This document shows, in pieces, positions 9,227 through 17,595 of a stretch of DNA of 64,000 nucleotides. Location: sequence record MW460245.1, one strand, 5' to 3'. Within the stretch, counting starts at the first letter, position 1; every line of letters begins with the position of its first letter. The notes below the pieces were generated by a model. That model saw only the letters and a program-made list of their open reading frames with translations. It was not told the origin of the DNA and searched no databases. Position numbers and translations under genes: made by a program.

Positions 9227-10738
9227 ATGAAAAAGCTGTTGCTCGTGTTGTGCTCTCTCGTTGCTCTAAACGGATGTGGTGGTGGAGGTGGTGATACTCC
9301 TGCCCCAACTCCTCCCGTTAACCCTCCTGTAGTGACACCGCCGCAAACCGTGTACGGTCCGGACGGTTGCACGCCAGCAAATGCCACAACGATGATGGCT
9401 CAAGGTGTTGAGGCCATCAAACCATTGCGACCCAATAAACAGGTCGTGTCCAAGCTGATCGTGAAGTACAAAGATGAGGCACAAGCACCGAACAGCGTGG
9501 CAGCGGCTATGGCCAGGTGGTCTAGCAGCAACGCGAATAGCAACATACGCCCGACAGCTATAACGCAGCAAGGTCGACATGGGGTAGACCTAGGAGATGG
9601 CGTTAGCGTTCAGGATGCAGAGACGTTTGCTCGGGAATTGGAGAAGGATCCCAACGTGGTGTATGCGTCACCTGATTACATCATGAAGTCTCAGGTTCTA
9701 GAGCCTAACTTCACGTCGATGGAATGGCAACTAAGCGACCCGCTCTATGGTGTAAAGGCACTGGATGCGTGGACGTTGTCGAAGGGTGATGGCGTGACGG
9801 TGGCCGTAATCGATACAGGTTACCTTGACGACAGGAACTCGACGAATGATAACACGGTGAACGGTGACGTAACGCCTAACCTGTTGCTTCCAGGCTATTC
9901 GTTCATCTCACGTCCTGAGGTGGCGAATGCTGGAGGCTTCACGCGAGGACCTAACGCGCTGGACACTGGGGATTGGGTGACGAAGGAGGAAGTGACCACG
10001 ACGGGTTCACCGTTCTACGGATGCGAACAGCAGAACAGCATGTGGCATGGCTTCAACATTATGTCCCTGATCGCGTCGGTGGATGACGGGGTGAACATGG
10101 TGGGGATCGCACCGCATTCGAAGGTGCTACCTGTTCGTGTGACGGGGAAGTGTGGGGCGTCGAATAGCGATCTGATCGACGGCATGCGATGGGCAGCGGG
10201 TTTGCCAGTTGCAGGTGCCCCTCTGAACACGCAGCCTGCTAAGGTGCTGAACCTGTCGCTCGGTAACTACTCGCAGTGCAGCAGCGCAATGCAGGCTGCC
10301 GTGAATGATGTGATTGCTGCTGGTGTAACGGTCGTGGTTGCTGCAGGTAACGACAATCAGCCTGTGTCGTCGTTCAGCCCTGCCAACTGCAAAGGGGTTA
10401 TTTCTGTAGGGGCAACGACGAACCGAGGTCTGCGCGCATGGTTCAGCAACACTGGTGCAGACATCATGGCACCGGGCCAAGCTGTAGCATTCCGCAGCAA
10501 TCAGGGTGCTACGACGGCAACGACCTTCTGGAATCGCACTGGTGACGGCACGTCGTATGCTGCACCTCTGGTTGTTGGTACTGCTGCATTGATGCTGTCG
10601 GTGAATCCTAAGCTCACACCTGCACAGGTCAAGGACATTCTGGTGTCCACTTCTGCACCGAAGAGTACGTGCAACGCGAACTTCGGTGGTCAGATGAACT
10701 CGTATGCGGCAGTGCTGAAAGCCATGAACACGCATTAA
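9227..10738 (+). CDS. Lipoprotein subtilisin-like serine protease (S8)
   Basis: GGAGGT RBS; signal MKKLLLVLCSLVALNG-C followed by GGGGG and a Pro-rich linker; I9-like prodomain; catalytic D (VAVIDTG), H (WHGFNIM), S (GTSYAAP); oxyanion N (AAGND); VLNLSLG. Confidence 0.9.
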   Translation: MKKLLLVLCSLVALNGCGGGGGDTPAPTPPVNPPVVTPPQTVYGPDGCTPANATTMMAQGVEAIKPLRPNKQVVSKLIVKYKDEAQAPNSVAAAMARWSSSNANSNIRPTAITQQGRHGVDLGDGVSVQDAETFARELEKDPNVVYASPDYIMKSQVLEPNFTSMEWQLSDPLYGVKALDAWTLSKGDGVTVAVIDTGYLDDRNSTNDNTVNGDVTPNLLLPGYSFISRPEVANAGGFTRGPNALDTGDWVTKEEVTTTGSPFYGCEQQNSMWHGFNIMSLIASVDDGVNMVGIAPHSKVLPVRVTGKCGASNSDLIDGMRWAAGLPVAGAPLNTQPAKVLNLSLGNYSQCSSAMQAAVNDVIAAGVTVVVAAGNDNQPVSSFSPANCKGVISVGATTNRGLRAWFSNTGADIMAPGQAVAFRSNQGATTATTFWNRTGDGTSYAAPLVVGTAALMLSVNPKLTPAQVKDILVSTSAPKSTCNANFGGQMNSYAAVLKAMNTH

Positions 10739-10742
10739 AGGA

Positions 10743-10780
10743 AAAGGCGACGCCTCCAATCAAGGGGACGTCGCCTTTCT
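10743..10780. terminator. Bidirectional intrinsic terminator
   Basis: AAAGGCGACG...CGTCGCCTTT inverted repeat between the convergent protease and exonuclease genes. Confidence 0.8.
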
Positions 10781-10786
10781 TGCCTT

Positions 10787-11725
10787 CTACTTGCCGATGA
10801 GACCAGCAAGACCCTTAGACTTCGGGTACAAGAAGTTCATGTACTCGTGGTACGATGCACTCAGATTCTTCACCTTCGTGACCTTGGATACCTCCGTTTG
10901 CCTCAAATCAAAGGGAGGCAGCACATCGGGTACAAGGCGCACGATCTTCCGATTGCGAACCAGCTTCGCCTGATGCTCAGCCAGAAAGCGCTTATCAGCC
11001 TTCGACGCGCCTTCGTGCCACTTCTTGAGCGATCCCCACTCCTTCAACTTTGCCGCAGCAGTCTTGGGCCCGTATCCAGGGAGACCGTCAAGATTATCGA
11101 TCTTGTCTCCTATGAGTGTCTGGTAGTCGACCATCTGTCGCGGTTTCACACCGAACTTGGCCACCACGTAATCAGCATCGATGTATCGCGGCTTTGGCTT
11201 ACCGTCCTTACCCTTCGCGCTGCTATCGTAGAGACGGACGTGCTTCTTCAATAGGTACTGGAATGCGTCCTTATCCTGCGCACCACCGACGAACGCGTCG
11301 AAGTACGAGGTGTTCATGACCGCATGAGCACATGAACACAGGCAGTCGTCAGCCTCGTACTTTGTAGGTTGGTAGAACGACACACCTACCTTGGCAAGTG
11401 CCTCAAACAACTGAGGATAATACTGGTACAGGTCGTGACCTTCCTCGTCGTCATCCTGCACCACAACGACCTTCCCTCCCTTCTGCTTTGTCTCTCCTCG
11501 GTTCGCCTTGTAGCCCTTGAATACCTTGTGGCGGAACACCTTAGGGCCGTCGAAGGCTACAACGATGTGAGTAGCACGGATTGCTAGAGCGTCTTTGAAC
11601 AGCAAAGACAGGAAGTTCGAGATGAGTTTCTTACCGAAGTCATACTTGGTCTTGGTAGTGTGAGCGCACCTATGCAAGTACCAATTCCCGTCTACAACAA
11701 ATAGGATCTTCTTTCGCTTGACCAT
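10787..11725 (-). CDS. 5'-3' exonuclease / flap endonuclease (PolA N-domain, T4 RNase H-like)
   Basis: LFVVDGN, VAFDG..FRH..F.GYKANR, YEADD, DKD, LIGDKIDNLDGLPGYGPKTA motifs. Confidence 0.92.
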   Translation of the reverse strand: MVKRKKILFVVDGNWYLHRCAHTTKTKYDFGKKLISNFLSLLFKDALAIRATHIVVAFDGPKVFRHKVFKGYKANRGETKQKGGKVVVVQDDDEEGHDLYQYYPQLFEALAKVGVSFYQPTKYEADDCLCSCAHAVMNTSYFDAFVGGAQDKDAFQYLLKKHVRLYDSSAKGKDGKPKPRYIDADYVVAKFGVKPRQMVDYQTLIGDKIDNLDGLPGYGPKTAAAKLKEWGSLKKWHEGASKADKRFLAEHQAKLVRNRKIVRLVPDVLPPFDLRQTEVSKVTKVKNLSASYHEYMNFLYPKSKGLAGLIGK

Positions 11726-12048
11726 CAGTGAAACGCCTTCGAAACATCCAGGAGACGAGAGATACGCAACACGACGGGCCCTATAGTTTCGACATCGACC
11801 GTGCCTTCTATCTCGTCGCCTTCTTCAGCATCGATAAACTCGATCTTGTAGTCGGGACCGTAGCTGCTCTGGATTTGGTGTTGCAGGTTACTGCGGAGTG
11901 CCTCGAAGTCTACTACCTCCGAGCTGCACATGGAGAACTGGATCTTGCATGCCTCGATAGCGAAAGACAGCATACCCTCAGGGTTAGCCACCATCATCGA
12001 GGCAGCACTGCAAATCCGTCCACCCAACAGATGCGGTTTGAGGTTCAT
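11725..12048 (-). CDS. Hypothetical protein, 107 aa
   Basis: ORF with GGAG RBS, translationally coupled to the exonuclease. Confidence 0.7.
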   Translation of the reverse strand: MNLKPHLLGGRICSAASMMVANPEGMLSFAIEACKIQFSMCSSEVVDFEALRSNLQHQIQSSYGPDYKIEFIDAEEGDEIEGTVDVETIGPVVLRISRLLDVSKAFH

Positions 12049-12112
12049 GGTGTGCTCCTTTCCATATATATATTTACGCTACGATCAAACTACACTGAGT
12101 CCTGGCAACTCG

Positions 12113-12121
12113 CGAATTTGA
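12113..12121 (+). promoter_or_regulatory. CGAATTTGA motif upstream of the lysis cassette
   Basis: Exact motif copy in the divergent intergenic region. Confidence 0.55.
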
Positions 12122-12203
12122 ATACGTGGCAGCAACAGAGTCAAAGGTTAGATGGGCGTGCCACCCATCTACCTTCCTTAGGTTCACCAGATCAGGGTTT
12201 ATC

Positions 12204-12596
12204 ATGGACAATCAAGAAGTGTTCACCTATCCTCTGACCACTTACGCTGCCGTGTTGGGGGTGGCCGCACTTGCAGGTATCGTGAGATACATAAACACAA
12301 AGGAGCCTTTCAAGTGGAGTCACTTACTGCGCGATTGCGTAACGTCAGGGTTCAACGGACTCGTTATGTTCTGGGTCTGCGACTACAAAGAGATCACTGG
12401 GTCGCTCCAGATGGTCTTCGTCGCCGTTGCCGCTATGATGGGGGCGCGTGCCTGGGCAGAGATCGAGAACTACCTGCGTATGCGGTATGGGAGCGGAGCC
12501 GTGAAGCAAGTTGATGAGCAGCTTGATAAAGTCGAGCAGACAACAGCAGAAGGTACCGATCAACCGCCGGCGGACTCGAATGAGGCCCAAAAATGA
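12204..12596 (+). CDS. Holin (LydA-like, about 3 TM)
   Basis: Hydrophobic segments YAAVLGVAALAGIVRY, VTSGFNGLVMFWVC and MVFVAVAAMMGARAW; acidic tail; upstream of the endolysin. Confidence 0.75.
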   Translation: MDNQEVFTYPLTTYAAVLGVAALAGIVRYINTKEPFKWSHLLRDCVTSGFNGLVMFWVCDYKEITGSLQMVFVAVAAMMGARAWAEIENYLRMRYGSGAVKQVDEQLDKVEQTTAEGTDQPPADSNEAQK

Positions 12597-13078
12597 CTAA
12601 CACCAATATCAGCAAGCTCACGCACGACGTAACGGCGCACGGTAAGACATTGGCCGCCCGGTTGTATGGGGTCATGTCAATGCTGTCCGTTGTCGTCCTA
12701 TTTGCATTCGTTGTCGTGTGGCTGCTGCAACAGCCTAACTTCTCCTTCGTGAGACAGGGAGTGCAGCACTGGCAGGTCAGTGAAGGACAGACTTCTAAGG
12801 TCGACCCTTCGCTGATCTTAGGAACAGACCTGAACAAGGCAGCCTACTACATATGGATTGGAGACGAACAGGGGCACCAGGTGTATCGGTACCCTACCGT
12901 GATTATCGAGGAACCGCGTAAGCTGGAATTCGGCAATCGACTGGTAGAGCTTCCTGACACTCTCAAGCCAGGTCAGTACACAATGAACGCGCAAGTCTAC
13001 TACCGCCTGAATCCCCTCAAGGTTGCTGAGATGAAGTTGGAGCTCGCAAAGATCACGGTTCAACCTAGAACCCGCTGA
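12593..13078 (+). CDS. Single-TM membrane protein with beta-rich domain (lysis cassette)
   Basis: TM LYGVMSMLSVVVLFAFVVVWLL; C-terminal PGQYTMNAQVYYRLNPLK is shared with the next gene. Confidence 0.7.
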   Translation: MTNTNISKLTHDVTAHGKTLAARLYGVMSMLSVVVLFAFVVVWLLQQPNFSFVRQGVQHWQVSEGQTSKVDPSLILGTDLNKAAYYIWIGDEQGHQVYRYPTVIIEEPRKLEFGNRLVELPDTLKPGQYTMNAQVYYRLNPLKVAEMKLELAKITVQPRTR

Positions 13079-13086
13079 TAGGAGAT

Positions 13087-13512
13087 ATGATGAAGGCGTT
13101 AAAAGCCAAACACGTAATCGGGGTTATCGTCTGGGCGTTGGTGTTCGGTCTAGTGACATCAACCGTCAGAGCGTGGACCACGGAGACCCCAGCTTCACTG
13201 GATGTTAAGAGTGTGGTGATCAACATGAATCGGAACGAAGCTGTCCAGATTCCTGTGCCTGAAATGAACCATGCTTATACAGTAGAGGTCTACAGTGTCG
13301 TTGATCCCATTCCGAAGGATGATCGCGATACAGTGATGTCTACTCCTCGGATTGTGTACAAGCAGGGCTATGCAGAGTTGTCGCAGGTGATGATACCTCC
13401 GCTACTTGCACCCGGTACTTACACGGTGGTCTTGCATGTGTCGTACCGACTCAATCCGATGAAGCTGGTCCAGCAGTCTGCATTGATAGCTGTTTTGATA
13501 GTGAACTCGTAA
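13087..13512 (+). CDS. Membrane/secreted paralog of the preceding gene
   Basis: N-terminal hydrophobic segment; PGTYTVVLHVSYRLNPMK. Confidence 0.7.
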   Translation: MMKALKAKHVIGVIVWALVFGLVTSTVRAWTTETPASLDVKSVVINMNRNEAVQIPVPEMNHAYTVEVYSVVDPIPKDDRDTVMSTPRIVYKQGYAELSQVMIPPLLAPGTYTVVLHVSYRLNPMKLVQQSALIAVLIVNS

Positions 13513-13528
13513 TCTTAGGAGCACCCTC

Positions 13529-14182
13529 ATGGCTTTCCAAATCACCGCTGCGCAACTCGCTGCGTTCGCCCCGTCCCTCAAGCAAATCGAACTGCTGCCG
13601 TATGTTCAAGCCATCAACGCAGCGGCAGCGAAGGTAGGCATCGATCAAAGCGCACGTCGGATGCGCTATTTCATGGCCCAGTCCTTCTTCGAGACGAAGG
13701 GCTACATGAAGTGGGATGAGAACTTGGTCTACACCACGCCGCAGCGTCTCGTGGACGTGTGGCCCTCGCGCTTCACGATGGACAAGAGCATTACGTCCAA
13801 GGCGTATGCGCCTGACTTCGTGAACAACCCAGAGAAGCTGGCGAACCAAGTCTACATGGGACGTTACGGTAACGTAGCCCCTGGCGATGGTTGGAAATTC
13901 CATGGTCGGGGTGCTTTCCACCTGACGTTCCTGAACAACTACAAGACCTATGGTTTGTGGGCGTACAAGGATCCGCAGAAGTTTGTGAATGCGCCTGACG
14001 ACGTGAACCTGATCGAAAACAAGTTCATGAGCGCCGCGTGGTTCTGGCAGAACAACTCGCTGGGTGCTATCGCAGATGCGGACGGCTTCACGAAGATGAC
14101 TGGTATCATCAATGGTTCGACGGACACGGTACCTCAGCGTCTGCCTGTCCTGAAGACCGCTAACACGATCTTCACATGGTGA
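13529..14182 (+). CDS. Endolysin, glycoside hydrolase family 19
   Basis: FMAQSFFET, ENLVY, PEKLANQVY.GRYGN...GDGWKFHGRGAFHLT..NNY, SAAWFW, INGS: typical phage GH19 motifs. Confidence 0.9.
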   Translation: MAFQITAAQLAAFAPSLKQIELLPYVQAINAAAAKVGIDQSARRMRYFMAQSFFETKGYMKWDENLVYTTPQRLVDVWPSRFTMDKSITSKAYAPDFVNNPEKLANQVYMGRYGNVAPGDGWKFHGRGAFHLTFLNNYKTYGLWAYKDPQKFVNAPDDVNLIENKFMSAAWFWQNNSLGAIADADGFTKMTGIINGSTDTVPQRLPVLKTANTIFTW

Positions 14183-14186
14183 TCAC

Positions 14187-14450
14187 ATGGCAACAACTCC
14201 AGACAATCTGGTAGCTAAGTTGGAATGCTTCACGCTTCCTGGCATGCAGATGACTCTGGTGAAGACGGTGGTAGGCGGCAGCACTACAACGAAGGTGTTA
14301 GCCGCCGACTCGCATTCGCGATTTGACGGCTTCTATGCCGCTACCTCCGCTTTCCTAGAGGAATACTCTACGAAGGACGGCATCAAGATGATGCAGGAGA
14401 ACCTGACGCCCGAGCACTATCAGCTCAGTGCTCGGCTTGTACAACCCTAA
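14187..14450 (+). CDS. Hypothetical protein, 87 aa
   Basis: ORF packed between the endolysin and a fibre gene. Confidence 0.65.
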   Translation: MATTPDNLVAKLECFTLPGMQMTLVKTVVGGSTTTKVLAADSHSRFDGFYAATSAFLEEYSTKDGIKMMQENLTPEHYQLSARLVQP

Positions 14451-14465
14451 CGCGAAGGCTTCACG

Positions 14466-17096
14466 ATGCAAATCACCCTGACAACGGCCGGCATTGCATT
14501 GCTGGCCGCACAAACCGGCCCTGTCGTGGTCGATAGAGCAGTATTTGGTGACGGCTATGGTTACACGCCGTCGCCTTCTGATACGAACATTCACGGTAAC
14601 CCAGTGCTGACACTGGTACCGAACGAGCCGCTCGCGCTGCCGAACAACCTGTACGAGTACACGCTGTTGCTTGATGCACAGGCTGGTCCGTTCGGCTTCG
14701 GCGAGATCGGGTACTTCGTCGGCAACACCTTGTTCGCTATTGCTGTCTCCACGCAGCTCATCGAAAAGGAGAGCGCCAACAATTCCTTCATGCGTATTGA
14801 TGCCTACCTGTTGATCCAGGGGCAGAACTACGACATGTGGATCAACAGCGTACCTGCGAACAACGAATTCCGGGTCGCAGTGTTGCAGTCGGTTGACCAA
14901 TTGCCGTTGCCGCGTGATGCGACGCCCAACACGTACATCACGCAGGCTGGTAACTCTTACGAAGCATCGTTCGCGTACACCGATCGTGGGCAGCTCTGGT
15001 CGTTCTCCGAATACAACTTCATGATCGAAACGCCGATCCTTGAGGTTACAGAGAACTCGATCTCGTTCGATCGGAACGTCCTGACGGAAGAGCTCAAGCA
15101 GAAGCTTACTCCTTCCTACTACGGTCAGTCACTGGCCCAGGTGTCACGTGGTGCGCAGGCTGGTTCGTGTCGTCTTATCGATGCGCTAGTGTTCAGCGGT
15201 CCCTACGCTGTCATCTCTTTCCGGACGGAATTCAGTACGCTCCCGAAGGTTGGCGACATGGTGTCGATGTATGGGCGTAACCGTGCACCTGTTGTCCAGC
15301 CGAACTATGTACTGCCTCCGGCAACGAAGACCACACTCGGTGGTGTGATTGTTGGCCTTGGCCTGGACGTCAACGTCGATGGCGTTGTGAATGCCAAGGT
15401 GCGTAGCGTTGCAGGTCGCGACGGCGATGTGGTGCTCACGACTTCGGATATCACCGACATCGCAAAGGTAGCAAAGACGAACAAGTACGGTGACCTGGAT
15501 GATCTGCCTCAGCCGTATGTGCTGCCGAATGCAACGAAGACAACGTTGGGTGGTATCAAGGTAGGCTCCAATCTGACAGTGCAGCCTGACGGTACTCTCA
15601 GCGTTGACACTTCGAACCTCGGTGGCGTTAAAACTGTTGACGGTCAGCAGCCTGATGCAGGTGGTAACGTTGTCGTGAAGCTGACTGATCCGTCGCTACC
15701 TACGACTCAGCCTGGGGCGATGGTGGCCGATAGTGGAGCTACAAGCGGCTTGCTGCAGGTCAAGACGCTCTATGCTCTCGATAACACGCTCGACATTCAG
15801 ACTTCGAACATGAAGCCTGACGGTACTCCTGGTCCCGGTGCACCGAACGTCGTTGGTCTTCGGATCAAACCGGGTGCAGTGGTAACGCGGATCAATACCC
15901 AGACTCCCGATGCTTCTGGGCTGGTGAACCTCAACATCTCTGACGAGAACACGACTAGCGGTGTGTCGATTGTCGGCTCGAAGCCGATGACCGTGAAGCG
16001 TATCGCCCAAGGTGATGGTATCACCATCGGTCCTGACGCTAACGGCAACCTGCAAATTTCTGCCATTCCTATTGCAGGTCTCATAAAGACGGTCAATAGC
16101 CAACCCCCTGACATCCAAGGGAACATAGACGTTTCGATAACGAATAACGTCCGTGACACGCCAGCGGATTCTGTAGGGTTGGCGCTTGGCACGAATCCAA
16201 TGGGGCGTTCAGTCATTGCAAAGATCCGTTCTGCGTCGTCTGCTCTGAAGGTAGGCCTCAATGCCGATTCGAATGTTGAGCTTAGCCTTACAGGTGTGGT
16301 GGCAACCGTTAATGGAACAGCGCCTAACACCAACGGTAATGTCAATGTCCAGCTGAATGACATAGGTGGTACCGGTGCAAAGTCTTGGATTTATCCGGGG
16401 TTGAAAACCACACTGCGGCAATTCAGTGTTGGGCCAGACATGACGGTATCACCTCAAGCAGGCGGTGAGTATCAGATCGCTATTGCCAAGGGAGCATTCG
16501 TAAAGACCATCAACGGTAAGACACCTCTTAGCAGCACAGGAGATTTTGCTGGTGTAGTCACGTCAGTTAATGGCAATGCACCTGACATTAACGGCAACGT
16601 TATAGCAAAGCTTCCTGCAATTCAGTTTGAGTTCGGTAATAACGGCCAAGATCAATCACGAGGCAAGGATATGGGCTCGTGGTTCATGGCAGATTCTAAT
16701 AGAGGTGGTTGGCAGACCTTTAATGGGATGGCTTGGACCCAAAATGCAGACGGAACGTTCCAATTGCTGGACGGCACAGGTCAGTACCTAGTATCCTACG
16801 GGGCTAAGATTCTCACAGATCAAGGCAACGCTGACACATTTGACCTACCTGCTCAGATGGTTGTGTCCTGCATGTCTAACATGGCAGTTCCTTTCCCGAG
16901 CGTGTACCAGTACGCGGTGCAGTATTTCCCCGATTTCAAGATTGCAAGCGGTGTGGCAGTCAATGGTGCTATAGGTTATATGTCGGCTACAGGTATTATG
17001 GCAGCCCCAGTAGCGTTGGGATTCGCGAAGGTCCTTGGAGGTAGTGGCAAGGCTCTTATGCTACAAGGTTACTGTACCATGATTAAGATCGGCTAA
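14466..17096 (+). CDS. Tail fibre protein 2 (paralogous anchor domain plus repeats)
   Basis: N-terminal ~270 aa clearly homologous to the 2601 fibre (FRVAVLQSVDQLP..RDATPN.Y); ATKTTLGG and V.TVNGxxPDxxGNV repeats. Confidence 0.85.
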   Translation: MQITLTTAGIALLAAQTGPVVVDRAVFGDGYGYTPSPSDTNIHGNPVLTLVPNEPLALPNNLYEYTLLLDAQAGPFGFGEIGYFVGNTLFAIAVSTQLIEKESANNSFMRIDAYLLIQGQNYDMWINSVPANNEFRVAVLQSVDQLPLPRDATPNTYITQAGNSYEASFAYTDRGQLWSFSEYNFMIETPILEVTENSISFDRNVLTEELKQKLTPSYYGQSLAQVSRGAQAGSCRLIDALVFSGPYAVISFRTEFSTLPKVGDMVSMYGRNRAPVVQPNYVLPPATKTTLGGVIVGLGLDVNVDGVVNAKVRSVAGRDGDVVLTTSDITDIAKVAKTNKYGDLDDLPQPYVLPNATKTTLGGIKVGSNLTVQPDGTLSVDTSNLGGVKTVDGQQPDAGGNVVVKLTDPSLPTTQPGAMVADSGATSGLLQVKTLYALDNTLDIQTSNMKPDGTPGPGAPNVVGLRIKPGAVVTRINTQTPDASGLVNLNISDENTTSGVSIVGSKPMTVKRIAQGDGITIGPDANGNLQISAIPIAGLIKTVNSQPPDIQGNIDVSITNNVRDTPADSVGLALGTNPMGRSVIAKIRSASSALKVGLNADSNVELSLTGVVATVNGTAPNTNGNVNVQLNDIGGTGAKSWIYPGLKTTLRQFSVGPDMTVSPQAGGEYQIAIAKGAFVKTINGKTPLSSTGDFAGVVTSVNGNAPDINGNVIAKLPAIQFEFGNNGQDQSRGKDMGSWFMADSNRGGWQTFNGMAWTQNADGTFQLLDGTGQYLVSYGAKILTDQGNADTFDLPAQMVVSCMSNMAVPFPSVYQYAVQYFPDFKIASGVAVNGAIGYMSATGIMAAPVALGFAKVLGGSGKALMLQGYCTMIKIG

Positions 17097-17106
17097 GGAG
17101 TAAGAC

Positions 17107-17490
17107 ATGGGAGAACCAATAGGTTCGATCCGCGCAGATGCGTTGGTCAATCGGTTGAACCTGTACCTGAGGGCTACCATCGGGGATCAGGCACGGCAGA
17201 GGATTGCGCAGGACGCTGTAGGTGAATACGCTTACGACGGACCTCACGTCACGCGTACCGTTGTGGTGAAAGCAGGGACAACCCTCAGCATTGGGGATAC
17301 GCAGGTCATCATCTTTGAGACCAATGCGCCTATTGTGGTAGCTTTCACTACGCCTGACCTTGATAGCTGTACGCTGCCCGTCCAAAAGGTAGCTGTCTTG
17401 GATACCTCGGTAACAGGTCTTAGCATCCAGAACAAGGGTCTCAAGGATGCAACGGTGTCGATGGTGTATGTGATTCAACCAACAGAGTAG
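17107..17490 (+). CDS. Small virion protein resembling the N-terminal domain of the 29756 tailspike
   Basis: VIIFETNAPIVVAF...VLDTSVTGLSIQNKGLKDATV aligns by eye with VLVVVTDNPVVLEY...VFDSPVANFRLINNGPETANV. Confidence 0.6.
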   Translation: MGEPIGSIRADALVNRLNLYLRATIGDQARQRIAQDAVGEYAYDGPHVTRTVVVKAGTTLSIGDTQVIIFETNAPIVVAFTTPDLDSCTLPVQKVAVLDTSVTGLSIQNKGLKDATVSMVYVIQPTE

Positions 17491-17498
17491 AGACTGAG

Positions 17499-17530
17499 AG
17501 GCGGCCCTGTCTAAGGATGGGTCCGCCTTT
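17499..17530 (+). terminator. Probable intrinsic terminator
   Basis: AGGCGGCCC...GGGTCCGCCT followed by a short T run. Confidence 0.55.
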
Positions 17531-17595
17531 CCTTGCTTCTGAGACGCGTCAGGATACCCGCTTTCAGAAATTTGATCGTAACCAGTGAGGTGAAT

